From Nitrososphaeraceae archaeon (GTDB lineage Archaea > Thermoproteota > Nitrososphaeria > Nitrososphaerales > Nitrososphaeraceae): 64,000 nucleotides of DNA. Position 1 is the first letter of the stretch. Every line of letters begins with the position of its first letter. Below are positions 33,062 through 43,740 of the stretch, piece after piece. Position numbers and translations under genes: made by a program. The stretch covers positions 1-64,000 of the forward strand of contig DATGZA010000026.1 in assembly GCA_035297365.1 (NCBI GenBank), in the 5' to 3' direction. The notes under the pieces are model-generated. The model saw only the letters and a program-made list of their open reading frames with translations. It made no database searches and was not told where the DNA came from.

Positions 33062-33652
33062 ATGAATCAAATAAATCAACTAAATAAAATCGAAGAAAAA
33101 GAAAATATTGTAAACGGAGTCAATGTAAGCAAACTCTTTGAGACAGTCAGAGTAATTAAACAAAAACCTAAAATCGCAAAATTCAACTTCAAAGCACAGG
33201 GTAAATGGGTAAATGGTGGACATAATAGAACAACTATTAACGATTTTTATGGTGCATGTCAAACATTCAAAAGGAGTCAATCATTTATTTTTGAAAAAGA
33301 TGAGCCTCCAATATTGTTAGGAGAAGACCATGGCGCAAATCCTGTAGAGTATGCACTAGCAGCACTTGACGGATGTTTGACAACCAGTCTTATTTACCAT
33401 GCTGCTGCACAAGGAATAAAGATAGTTGAAGTAGAAACATCATTTTCAGGGGATTTAGATTTACATGGTTTTCTAGGATTAGATGAAAATGTAAGAAACG
33501 GTTATGAAAAAATCAAAGTGATATTTAAAATCAAATCAGATGCTCCAGAAGAAAAACTACAAGAACTAGTACAACTTGCACAAAAGAGATCACCAGTCTT
33601 CGATATCATTTCACATCCAACGCCGGTAGAAATTACTTTGGAAAAAAAATAA
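33062..33652 (+). CDS. OsmC/Ohr family protein (single-catalytic-Cys type)
   Basis: DEPPILLGED.GANPVEYALAAL.GC, DL.GFLGL, KRSPV (the second Cys is replaced by Ser). Confidence 0.9.
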   Translation: MNQINQLNKIEEKENIVNGVNVSKLFETVRVIKQKPKIAKFNFKAQGKWVNGGHNRTTINDFYGACQTFKRSQSFIFEKDEPPILLGEDHGANPVEYALAALDGCLTTSLIYHAAAQGIKIVEVETSFSGDLDLHGFLGLDENVRNGYEKIKVIFKIKSDAPEEKLQELVQLAQKRSPVFDIISHPTPVEITLEKK

Positions 33653-33976
33653 TCAAAAATCAATCATATGTAGAAAGTGAGATGTGATCAATTTGAGTAC
33701 ATGAATTTGAACCTACAATTATTTTTAATTGTATTATTAACAGAAACTCTGCAATACAAAATATTCAAACTTTTAGAAATAATCAATTGATTCACTCAAA
33801 AATTCAACAGGTAAGAGCTCAAAAAGAGACCTGAAATTCTACTTATAAAGATCCTAAGCAGAATATAATTAAATTTTTGATTATTCTAATTCAGTGTAAT
33901 TAAAATTCCTTCAGTTTTTATAGTTATCATATTGAAACGTAAATATCTCTGTATTTAAAATATAATGAGATTGCAA

Positions 33977-34309
33977 TTAACTCCATTTTAATTCTAGGAG
34001 TAATGAATCGATATCAGATTTCAATAATCCAATACCCATTTTCGCGTTTCTGCGAGAAACCATTTTATCTTTTTCAAATGCTATTATAGTAGGAACCGAA
34101 TCTATATTAAATTCATCCCACAGAGGATTTTCTTCCTCATTTAATTTCACACTATAGAATGTATAATTTTGATTGTCTGGATCTTCTTTTGATTCAAAAA
34201 TTGGTTTAAAGCTCCTACAATAAGGACACCAATCTGCGTAAAATAATACTAAGCTTTTATCTTGTGAAAATACAACATTATTAAACTCTTTGTAGTTTAC
34301 ATCATTCAT
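33977..34309 (-). CDS. Thioredoxin family protein
   Basis: FYADWCPYC, SVPT. Confidence 0.9.
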   Translation of the reverse strand: MNDVNYKEFNNVVFSQDKSLVLFYADWCPYCRSFKPIFESKEDPDNQNYTFYSVKLNEEENPLWDEFNIDSVPTIIAFEKDKMVSRRNAKMGIGLLKSDIDSLLLELKWS

Positions 34310-34715
34310 GAAATAGTTATAAAATTATAGAGATATTATTGTAGCTATACCATATCAGCGGTAATCCATAAAAAGTGTGATTTATTTAAAGAATTGATTA
34401 AGTTTAATCCAGTTATAATCTATAACTGTGTTCTTTTCCTCTTATTTATGAATAATATAAATACTAAATAACGAATTGCTTTATATTTATTCAAATACCA
34501 TAACATTAAAATTTTTTCATTTATTTTATTCATACAATAACAAAATAAACTAAGTTATAATCAACTATATTAAATTACACAAAGTCAATAATCTATACAT
34601 TATTTTTATTATTTATCGATAAAGAATTAAGGATTTACTTGATCTTGGCTAATGAATCGTTACAAGAGTTAATTCTAAAGAACGAAAATAACCTGCTCGT
34701 TTATACTGGTCTTAT

Positions 34716-34964
34716 CTATATTTCTTCTTCCATTTCCTCAAAGGTTTTTGCCTTGGATGTTTGATGTAAACGCATCATTAAATTGTTGGTATATCCTTTT
34801 TTATTTATAATTCCTTTTTCTGATAATAATTCCACTAATAAATCAATTTTGATACTCAATTCCTCTATTTGGTCAAGTTCTTTTCCTTTTATCACTTTTT
34901 TATAGCTACTAAAGTTCTTGTTCTGAGAATGAGATTCTTCTTTTTTTACAGAATTATTTATCAT
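34716..34964 (-). CDS. Small hypothetical protein
   Basis: LLVELLSEKGII helical motif and an upstream TATA-like sequence. Confidence 0.6.
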   Translation of the reverse strand: MINNSVKKEESHSQNKNFSSYKKVIKGKELDQIEELSIKIDLLVELLSEKGIINKKGYTNNLMMRLHQTSKAKTFEEMEEEI

Positions 34965-35513
34965 GTTTGATAGACAATATAACTTTAGAGTATTTAAGTA
35001 CTTTTTATAGGTTGATCAGATGAGATTAACTACAAATTGAGGTAATCAATCTCATATAATTTACGGGAATACATTGGAGATTCTGGAATTTTTTTTATTA
35101 TAGGAAAAATCAGCTTATCATTGATAGATAAAATAAGAACATTTCAAATACTCATTATCCCATGCTTAGGTAACATACTATTTTAATAATTTAAATTCGT
35201 AGATAAATTATAATATATTAGAAATTCAAAACACTTTCAGACATCCTCTCTTTTTCTTTTTTTCTCATTAGTTTCGTTCAACTCGATTTGTGGAATAAAG
35301 ATATAAAGACATAATATAGCTTTGGAAAATTGTAAAGACGAAAATTCTAGATCTTAAATATGGTACACAAGATATTTTGTTATATTCACATTGTTTAATG
35401 AATATTATTATTGTTATTCTATTACTAATTCGATCATGCAAATCATACCAAATACAATACAAAATACAATATGAAATCGGAAGATTCAAAAATTTGTCTA
35501 GGAAGTTAATAAT

Positions 35514-35903
35514 ATGGACTACAATAAACTAAACCCAGAAGAGAAAAGAGTCATACTAGATAAAGCAACTGAACCTCCTTTCATTGGCGAGTATGACAAT
35601 TTTTACGAAGATGGAACGTATATATGTAGAAGATGTAATGCTCCTCTCTTTTCATCAAAAAGCAAGTTTAATTCTGGATGTGGTTGGCCGAGCTTTGATG
35701 CATATTTCCCGAATGCAATAAGGCACGTCCCTGATCCTGATGGAATAAGAACAGAAATAGAATGTGCAAATTGTGGAGGGCATTTAGGACATGAATTTCT
35801 TGGAGAAAATTTGACAGACAAAAACAGACGGGAATGTGTCAATTCATTATCCATACGTTTTATCCGAAATGACGAGGAGTTGCCAAAAATAAAAAATGAA
35901 TAA
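35514..35903 (+). CDS. msrB: Methionine-R-sulfoxide reductase
   Basis: TEPPF, CRRC, SGCGWPSF, RTEI.C..C.GHLGH, CVNS. Confidence 0.96.
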   Translation: MDYNKLNPEEKRVILDKATEPPFIGEYDNFYEDGTYICRRCNAPLFSSKSKFNSGCGWPSFDAYFPNAIRHVPDPDGIRTEIECANCGGHLGHEFLGENLTDKNRRECVNSLSIRFIRNDEELPKIKNE

Positions 35904-36450
35904 CAATAAAACTGAAATAGCAACACTTGCCAACGGATGTTTTTGGTGTACAGAAGCGATATTTAAAAAAATCAAAGGTGTAAAAAGTATTCTACCTGGA
36001 TATGCTGGAGGAACATTAAAGAATCCTTCTTATGAACAGGTATGCACTGGTAGATCAGGTCATGCAGAGTCGATTCAGATCGAATTTGATCCGAATGTTA
36101 TAACTTTTGAAAAGATACTCGATATTTTCTGGCGTACACATGATCCTACCACGTTGAATAGGCAAGGTAACGATGTAGGCACTCAGTACCGTTCCGCAAT
36201 ATTTTATCATGATGAAAAGCAGAAACAGATCGCAGAAAAATCAAAAACAAATCTTGAAAAAGAAAATGTTTACGAAGATCCAATTGTAACAGAAATTACT
36301 CCTTTTACTAATTTTTTTGTTGCAGAGGATTATCACCTAGATTATTATGAAAAACATAAGGATGCTCCATATTGTACTTTTGTTATTAATCCGAAACTAC
36401 ACAAACTAATTCAGAATCATAGAAATGACGTAAAAGAAGAATATAAGTAG
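35896..36450 (+). CDS. msrA: Methionine-S-sulfoxide reductase
   Basis: GCFWCTE, GHAE, HDPT..NRQGNDVGTQYRS, AEDYH; overlaps msrB by 8 bp. Confidence 0.96.
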   Translation: MNNNKTEIATLANGCFWCTEAIFKKIKGVKSILPGYAGGTLKNPSYEQVCTGRSGHAESIQIEFDPNVITFEKILDIFWRTHDPTTLNRQGNDVGTQYRSAIFYHDEKQKQIAEKSKTNLEKENVYEDPIVTEITPFTNFFVAEDYHLDYYEKHKDAPYCTFVINPKLHKLIQNHRNDVKEEYK

Positions 36451-36594
36451 CTGTTATCAATGACTTGTCATATTACTGTATGAATACTCATCCAATAATA
36501 TTATACAAGTTAAAATCAATAAAGAAGTTGTTACTCAGGTATAGAGTTCGGTAGGTTCAGAGTATGAATTCTATCCGTATCTGATTTCAATAAA

Positions 36595-36825
36595 ATGAAG
36601 ATCGAAAAAGCATTATTTAGAATTGTTGGAATGTATTGCATTAGTTGTAAACCAATAGTAGAAAAGCAACTGAAGAACGAGAAAGGAATTAAGAGCATAG
36701 ATCTAGATTACATGACGGATAGTGTAATAGTGGAATATAATTCATCATTGATATCAAAGGAGGAGATTAAAGAAAAATTGGAAAAATCTGGATACAAATT
36801 TGTAAGGAAACCATCATATAAATAA
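36595..36825 (+). CDS. HMA-domain metallochaperone (CopZ-like)
   Basis: GMYCISC, C-terminal SGY. Confidence 0.88.
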   Translation: MKIEKALFRIVGMYCISCKPIVEKQLKNEKGIKSIDLDYMTDSVIVEYNSSLISKEEIKEKLEKSGYKFVRKPSYK

Positions 36826-36856
36826 TCATTTAGAAATAAATTTTTACATTTGTATT

Positions 36857-39058
36857 TTACCTATTATGAATCACATCAGTTACTTCAATTAAATTATCTT
36901 TTTTGGAGTCATGTAACATTGTTTTGGATTTTTTAACAAAGGAGCTTGGCTTGTATCTTCCGAGCAATAAAGAGTTTCCAACTACTGTTACAGAGCTCAT
37001 AGCCATTGCTAATCCTGCAAGCATTGGAAGCCATCCGAAAATTCCTAACCCAAGAAATGGAACTAATACTCCTGCTGCGATAGGGATTAAACCTGTATTA
37101 TAGACGAATGCCCAAAATAAGTTCTGTTTTATTTTAGAGACTGTTTTTCTTCCTAGTTCCAACGCTGTAACAACATCCATTAAATCATTCTTTATTAGTA
37201 TGATTCCACCTGTTTCCTTCGCTACATCTGTTCCAGAACCAATTGCAATTCCCAAATCTGCTCTTGCCAATGCAGGCGCATCGTTAATTCCATCTCCAAC
37301 CATGGCAACAACTTTTCCTTCTGACCTTAGCTTGGCAACTACTTCTTCTTTCTGTTGTGGAATAACTTGAGCTATTACTTTTGTTATTCCAAGTTTTGAA
37401 GCAATTGTTTTTGCAGTTCTTTCATTGTCTCCTGTAAGCATTATAACTTCCATCCCTTGAGATTTTAATAGATCAATAGCTTCTTTTGCATTTTCCTTAA
37501 TAATGTCTGCAATAGCAATAATCCCTGATAGTTTATTATCGATAGCGACTAGAATAGCAGTTTTTCCTTCCTCTTCGAATTCTTTTAAAATGAGATCGAT
37601 TCTTTCACTTGATATGTTGTTTTCAGTTAAGAGTTTTCTATTGCCTATTATAATGACATGATCAGAATATGTTGCTTTGAGGCCGTGCCCTGATACTGCT
37701 TCAAATGTTTCTGGATTTGAAACAATAATTCCTTCTTCTTTTGCTTTTCTTACTACAGCTTGACCTAAAGGATGCTCTGACCCTGATTCTGCGATAGCCG
37801 CCAACCTGAGAAGTTCATTTTTACCAATTCCGGATATGTCGATAATATTGGTAACAGATGGTTTTCCAGTAGTTAATGTTCCAGTCTTGTCAAATACAAG
37901 AGTTCTTACCTTTTTTGCAATTTCCAAGTATTCGCCCCCTTTAAACAATATACCATTTTCAGCACCCTTGCCAGAACCCATCATAAGAGCTGCCGGAGTA
38001 GCAATACCCAATGCACAAGGACATGCAATAATCATTACAGATACAAATGCAAGTAACGAATAAGTTAAGCCAGCATCACCAAAAAAGTACCATCCAACGA
38101 ATACTCCTAAAGCTATTATTATAATAGCGGGCACAAAATATTTTGCCACCTGATCAACCATCTTTTGTATATGAGCTTTACCGGTTCTTGCCTCCTCTAC
38201 CAATGTAATGATTTGCGAAAGTACTGTATCTTGTCCAACTTTTGTTGCTTTTACTTTTAGCAATCCATTCTTGTTAATTGTTGCTCCTATTACGTCACTT
38301 CCTATTGATTTCTCTACAGGTATACTTTCACCTGTAATTGCTGATTCATCAATAGATGATGCACCTTCTATTACCCTTCCATCTGTAGGTACTTTTTCTC
38401 CTGGTTTAACAATAATAGTTTGCCCTTCTTGAATTTGTTCTATCGGGATCTCGATTTCTGTACCGTCCTCTGTTATTACTTTAGCCATCCTTGGTTGTAA
38501 ATCTAACAATTTTCTTACAGCACTAGATGCTTTCTCTTTTGTTCTTGATTCTAATAATCTTCCTATTAGGATCAATGTGATTATGATTGCAGCCGTCTCA
38601 AAATATACAGATTCAAACGGAAAATATGATGGAACAACTGAAACAATTGCACTGTATAAATATGCAGCAGTTGTCCCTATAGCTATCAATGTATCCATGT
38701 TTGATGCCTTCGCTTTAATCCCGTCCCAAAATCCTCTATAAAATCTCCAGCCTATCCAAAACTGTAATGGTGTAGCCAGTGCTAGCATTATGTATTTGCT
38801 ATTGTGCATAATTTCCATGGGATACAGGTTGACAAATTGTGTCGGAAACATATGGGGGAGTGAAAATAGTACGATAGGAATGGTTAGAGCTATACTTATC
38901 GCAACATGAAACTTGAGTTTTTTAAGTTCTTTTTCAGGCTGAATAAATTCATCTAAACATTGATTACTACAGAAATAATATTTTTTTTTATCTACTGTGT
39001 GTTGAATTGAACCGTTTGTTTCTTCAACAAACATTCCGCATATTGGATCTTTTGCCAT
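36857..39058 (-). CDS. copA: Cu+-exporting P1B-type ATPase with an N-terminal YHS/TRASH domain
   Basis: DPICGM..YYFCS..C, TGES, CPCALG, DKTGT, SEHP, GDGINDAP, YN, MAMSS. Confidence 0.93.
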   Translation of the reverse strand: MAKDPICGMFVEETNGSIQHTVDKKKYYFCSNQCLDEFIQPEKELKKLKFHVAISIALTIPIVLFSLPHMFPTQFVNLYPMEIMHNSKYIMLALATPLQFWIGWRFYRGFWDGIKAKASNMDTLIAIGTTAAYLYSAIVSVVPSYFPFESVYFETAAIIITLILIGRLLESRTKEKASSAVRKLLDLQPRMAKVITEDGTEIEIPIEQIQEGQTIIVKPGEKVPTDGRVIEGASSIDESAITGESIPVEKSIGSDVIGATINKNGLLKVKATKVGQDTVLSQIITLVEEARTGKAHIQKMVDQVAKYFVPAIIIIALGVFVGWYFFGDAGLTYSLLAFVSVMIIACPCALGIATPAALMMGSGKGAENGILFKGGEYLEIAKKVRTLVFDKTGTLTTGKPSVTNIIDISGIGKNELLRLAAIAESGSEHPLGQAVVRKAKEEGIIVSNPETFEAVSGHGLKATYSDHVIIIGNRKLLTENNISSERIDLILKEFEEEGKTAILVAIDNKLSGIIAIADIIKENAKEAIDLLKSQGMEVIMLTGDNERTAKTIASKLGITKVIAQVIPQQKEEVVAKLRSEGKVVAMVGDGINDAPALARADLGIAIGSGTDVAKETGGIILIKNDLMDVVTALELGRKTVSKIKQNLFWAFVYNTGLIPIAAGVLVPFLGLGIFGWLPMLAGLAMAMSSVTVVGNSLLLGRYKPSSFVKKSKTMLHDSKKDNLIEVTDVIHNR

Positions 39059-39629
39059 ACAGTAGTAATAAACAAATACATGTATAAGTACTAGACTTTA
39101 CATTTGTAAAACATGATATATAGAAAATACATACATCTATTTTATAATAATGGCATTCACACTTACGGATACTTACGGAGACTGATGTAATGATAATAAA
39201 AGTGCTATTGAATTGAAAGATGGACCTAAATAATTTCCAGTTATCAAGAGCTAGGGTATAAGTATTCTAACAGATGAAGCTAGGTTTGACAGATTAGTAA
39301 TTCTCATTTTAGATTGTTATAGAATTAGTTGTAGCAAACTATAATAAATAAAATCCAAAGATTATTTTGGAATCAAATCCATACTATCTGGAGAATGTAT
39401 ATGCAAGGTGTTAATACCCATTCTCTAGAATAGTAATATAATAGTCCAATGAAAAATATAATTTATTTATCACCATATTTTGTGATATATCCGAGGCCCG
39501 TACAAAATGAACGTAACTGATGGCTTGGAATATGAGAGGTAATTGGGATCTGTTTTCTTGCATAAATTTCATTTTCTCATCTCACTTGTCATGTAAATTT
39601 TAGGAAAAAGTATTATTACTTCATCAAAT

Positions 39630-40085
39630 GTGCTTTACATGATATTAATAAAAGAAAGCTTGGTTATTAGACTTAAATTTGCGTTTATTGATTTATCTTT
39701 TTATAATCTAATGTATATTGACTACAAAAAAACAACACTAGCAATCATATTTTCCATAATTATTATTGGTTTAATTGCTATTCCAATAGGAAATCCAAAG
39801 TTCATTTATAGGGCAATAGGGTTGGAACTATCATTTGTTATCCTATCTATTCTTTTATGGAAAGGATATACACAAGCATTGTATGCATGTATACCAATAT
39901 CAGTGCTAGTAATAATTGGTAATACCCTTGCTCCTCCACATGTAAATTTGATGTTAACATTTTCTAAACCATTAAATGCAATAGTACTGATAGTTGGTGG
40001 ATATATTTTACAAACTTTATTGATATTTTTTAGTATCAAATATCTTTCTGAAATACGTTCTAAAAAATTATCAAAGAAATTGTAA
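39630..40085 (+). CDS. 4-TM membrane protein
   Basis: Four hydrophobic segments. The start is probably further downstream (MYIDY). Confidence 0.7.
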   Translation: MLYMILIKESLVIRLKFAFIDLSFYNLMYIDYKKTTLAIIFSIIIIGLIAIPIGNPKFIYRAIGLELSFVILSILLWKGYTQALYACIPISVLVIIGNTLAPPHVNLMLTFSKPLNAIVLIVGGYILQTLLIFFSIKYLSEIRSKKLSKKL

Positions 40086-40387
40086 CTTTTTTATTAATTT
40101 AAATGGTTTCCAGAATGAATTTAGGAGATTGTTAAGATATGAATCATATATGAGAACTATTAATATTTCATTCCTTGAATTTTTGATATTATTAGCTAGA
40201 AATAATTTCTTCTCCAGTTAATAATTTTATAATAGACTATTAGGAGGATTCAATAGTAGAGAAGTTAAATGTTATTGATACAAATTTGTGACAATAAAAA
40301 ATAAACAAGCAAAAAGCACTAATAGTGTAGCTAATATCAAATTAAAGATTATTATTAGGAAATAATTATGTTATGTTTTTATTTCAA

Positions 40388-41521
40388 TTAAAGAAATATT
40401 ATTATTCTTTTTTTCTTTTCATCTATAAAACATTTTGTCCCTAAATTTGAACATCTTTTGACCATTCTCTCTATTATTAGATTAGCATCTTTATCGTCTG
40501 CTGAAATAGTGTTAACCTTGAAGTTGCTTATCTTCGTAGGAATAAGTTCAATTATGTCATTTTGTAACAATATGTTATCTTTATCGTTGCTATTTGAAAC
40601 TTTATAATTCCTATCCAGATTAAAATGCAATATAAAAATAAAGGACAAGTCATTTCTGTAATAAGAATCTATAGCATAATCATCTATAAAATCTCCGCTA
40701 TCATATAATATTATTTTATTATTCTTATTATTATTTGGTTTGTAAATCTCTATTCCTTGGGGCATATGGTTACTGTGCCCCCAATATATGTCGGCACCGA
40801 AATCTATTATTTTATGTGCAAAATTTACGTATTCCGTAGAAGGTGTTTCTCTGAAGTGTGGTCCAACGTGAGACGAGACAATAAGTAAATCTGATTCCCT
40901 TCTAGCTTCCTCAATACAACTTTTAAGTCTATAATAATATTCTTCGGGATCCAATGATATTGGAATATAATTTATCCCAGCAGAGTCGCCTTTTGCTTCC
41001 CATTCTGGCTCATTATCAGTTAAAGAAATTACTGCAATTCTTATAGTATTTTTGATATTATTATTGTTGGCTTGTTCATAGTGGGCGGCATTATGATAAG
41101 AATTAATCTTATTTGAGTGTAGTTTTATTTTTTTTTCTATGAAAGCGGCCTTCATAGCTTCTTTTAAATTCATACCTGCGCCAGAATGAGAAATATTATT
41201 GTCGTTCAGAAAATTAATAGTATCTAGTAACGCTTCAAAGCCATAATCTAATACATGATTATTTGCAAGAGATGTATAAACAATAGAGGCAGAATTCAAT
41301 ACTTTAATGGCATCAGGATTAGCACGAAAATGGAATACTTTGAATGTCTTATTCCATTCTTTTCCCCTTGAGGATATCGCGCATTCTAAATTTATAAGAG
41401 AAAAATCTGCTCTCTTGATAATGTCTATGGTATTTCCCCATACATAAGTAAATTTAGAGTTTGCAAGAACTTTATTTACAAGTCTACCTAGCATAACATC
41501 ACCTGTAAAAAGAATTTGCAT
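40388..41521 (-). CDS. CapA/PgsA family metallophosphoesterase
   Basis: FTGDVMLGR, INLE, LANNHVLDYG, GAG.N..EA, GHSNH, GDFIDDY. Confidence 0.9.
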   Translation of the reverse strand: MQILFTGDVMLGRLVNKVLANSKFTYVWGNTIDIIKRADFSLINLECAISSRGKEWNKTFKVFHFRANPDAIKVLNSASIVYTSLANNHVLDYGFEALLDTINFLNDNNISHSGAGMNLKEAMKAAFIEKKIKLHSNKINSYHNAAHYEQANNNNIKNTIRIAVISLTDNEPEWEAKGDSAGINYIPISLDPEEYYYRLKSCIEEARRESDLLIVSSHVGPHFRETPSTEYVNFAHKIIDFGADIYWGHSNHMPQGIEIYKPNNNKNNKIILYDSGDFIDDYAIDSYYRNDLSFIFILHFNLDRNYKVSNSNDKDNILLQNDIIELIPTKISNFKVNTISADDKDANLIIERMVKRCSNLGTKCFIDEKKKRIIIFL

Positions 41522-41544
41522 AAGGTATACTAAAAATTATAAAT

Positions 41545-41880
41545 AAAAAAGGTACGTTTTATTTTTGAAATTTCGGATAATTCTTTGCATCAAACTTTGC
41601 TCAAATTAGGATTATGAACAAGTTTTAATCCAAGTACATTGTAAGCTTCAGATACTTTTTTTTACCTGCATCTTATACAGTGTGTTTTCAATATTTTTCA
41701 ACCAATGCATGAATAAATGGTAACCACCAAACATATTTCTGTCTCCCGTAACATGTGGATTCTCAGCACAAAACGACATACTAGTTCGATACAAGACGAT
41801 AACAGAATTGTTGACTATTAATCTGAATACAGTCTCATCTATAATGTATGAGATACTCTTTTTCTTTGTATTTGTGACAT
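41545..41880 (-). pseudogene. IS6-like DDE transposase relic
   Basis: Across frames: IIDET, CIELVCRFVLRIH, RNMF, FIHALVEKY*KHTV, EAYNVLGLK, FEQSLMQRIIRNFKNKT. Confidence 0.65.
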
Positions 41881-42125
41881 TGATCAAATTGTTGAATTCA
41901 ATTCAATTCAATTCAATTTTACATAAACACATAATTTAATTTCATTTCTAAAAATTGTCAGTGACTTATATAAATTGCGTAGACTGAGAGAAAGTACAAA
42001 TACAGAGTTGCATTCAATGCACGTTAACGTTCTGTTTTTGACAAATTTCAATAGATAGTTAAAAAATTAACAGAACATGAAAATTAAATTAATAAAAAAC
42101 AACTAAAATTTGAGGATATGGTTAT

Positions 42126-42584
42126 TTATGTGGTCATATATTTATTGAGGGATTTTGAATTTATTTTATTTATCTTGTTAGGATCAGGGTTATCAAATAC
42201 TTGTTCACAACAATATTTTATGGAATATAATGCCATTTGCGTCAGTATTGGTTGTAATGCTTTTCCCTTTTCAGTCAAGTAATATTCTATTCTGACAGGA
42301 GTTTCATTAAATACTTCTCGTTTTATCAGGCCTTCTCTTTCCATTTCTTTAAGTCGTATAGACAATGTCTTTGGATTTATCTCCTCTATGGAATTAAGGA
42401 ACTCACTGAATCTTTTTTGTTTTAGAAAAATCATATTCCGTAATAACAATGTTGTGAATTTTTTTCCTATGATATTGAGCGTGTTAAAAACTGGACAACA
42501 TTTACAATTCATATCATCGATCATAAACTGATTTATATTTTCTTCTCTTTCTTCATATTGTTCAGATAATTTTTGGTCTGTCAA
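42126..42584 (-). CDS. HxlR/DUF24 winged-helix regulator
   Basis: CKCCPVFNTLNIIGKK, RFSE, LSIRLKEMEREGLI.R..P.RIEYYLTEKG. Confidence 0.92.
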   Translation of the reverse strand: MTDQKLSEQYEEREENINQFMIDDMNCKCCPVFNTLNIIGKKFTTLLLRNMIFLKQKRFSEFLNSIEEINPKTLSIRLKEMEREGLIKREVFNETPVRIEYYLTEKGKALQPILTQMALYSIKYCCEQVFDNPDPNKINKINSKSLNKYMTT

Positions 42585-42602
42585 GTTACTAAAATTTCAC
42601 CT

Positions 42603-42646
42603 ACTTACCAGTTTATCACTTACTAGTTTAAATACTTACCTTTGTA
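42603..42646. promoter_or_regulatory. Three ACTTAC-led direct repeats in the HxlR divergon
   Basis: ACTTACCAGTTTA (42603), ACTTACTAGTTTA (42618), ACTTACCTTTGTA (42634). Confidence 0.5.
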
Positions 42647-42673
42647 TAGTAAATTACACGAGGTAACAGAGAA

Positions 42674-43039
42674 ATGGTTGAAAATCAATGTGAAACAAAT
42701 TGTGAAAGTCATGAAACAATGAGAGAATCAACAAAAAAAAGTAATGTAGATACATGTGGTTGTGAAACAACAAACTGTAATAGCTCTCCTTGCTGTGATA
42801 TGGACCCAATTAGTGCAGCAAAATCTCTATTGGAAAGTTCCTTCTATACTGCATTGAAAGAAGTTCATGTAGAGAAAATGAAAAAAATAATTGAAAAAGA
42901 ATGGGGAAGTACTATTGATAAGGCTGTAGAGCTAACTATTAAGACAGTAGAAAAACAATGGCAAACATCTTTAACAAAGTCAACAGCGAATAAAGAATTC
43001 TATAATGAATTGGAGAAAATATTTACATCAGGTAAGTGA
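42674..43039 (+). CDS. Protein with a Cys-rich N-terminus and helical C-terminus
   Basis: 7 Cys in the first 41 aa (CETNC...CGCETTNC...CC). Confidence 0.75.
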   Translation: MVENQCETNCESHETMRESTKKSNVDTCGCETTNCNSSPCCDMDPISAAKSLLESSFYTALKEVHVEKMKKIIEKEWGSTIDKAVELTIKTVEKQWQTSLTKSTANKEFYNELEKIFTSGK

Positions 43040-43740
43040 AAAATTATTTCACATTACATGTGGTAAATAAAATACAGATTTTGGATAGCGAATAAATAAA
43101 TTCCTTTTATTTTTTTATGTGTATCTTATAAAACGAATGAATGATTTTCATATTTTATTTTTACCAAAATTGAATAAAAATAATTTAATATTTCATAATA
43201 TTTTATTCTCCCAATACTTTGATTAATATTCTCTTTCATGTTTTCATGAAACCCGCTGTAGAAAATTTGTTCATACTTCTATACAAAATCCTTTAATCTA
43301 TGTCGGTAGCAATATAACTAGGGCGATAAATAATTTATTTATTATTTAATTAGTAATTTTTTTTACTAATGTGCATTGAATAGAAACTTAATACTACAAA
43401 TCCTTAATTCACAGAAGAGCTAGTAATAGATATAAAAAAAGAGAGTAATTTAAGATACTTATAAACTTTAATTTTCAATGATAAAATTGAAAAATCTTGA
43501 ATCTGAAAATTGGATTAATTAATCTATTACACTAGCGATATTGTACTGCCTCTAAGTAATTGGTACATATCTAATGGGTAGTTTTTCAAGTCGTCTCATT
43601 CTGATGGTACGCACCTCATCAATCCCGGCTGTGTTGCTCTGATTTTAACTTTGATGTGGTTTTTGCAATGCCTATATGTCTATAGTTGTTAATGCGGATC
43701 TGTGGAGTTAAAGTCTGGTGCTTATTATAGATAATCTTCA

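Noticed and set aside
40388-41521. Poly-gamma-glutamate capsule locus
   Set aside because: No capB/capC nearby; stand-alone CapA-family phosphoesterases are common.
41648-41887. 79-aa ORF as a real protein
   Set aside because: It is a frame mosaic of the IS6-like relic.
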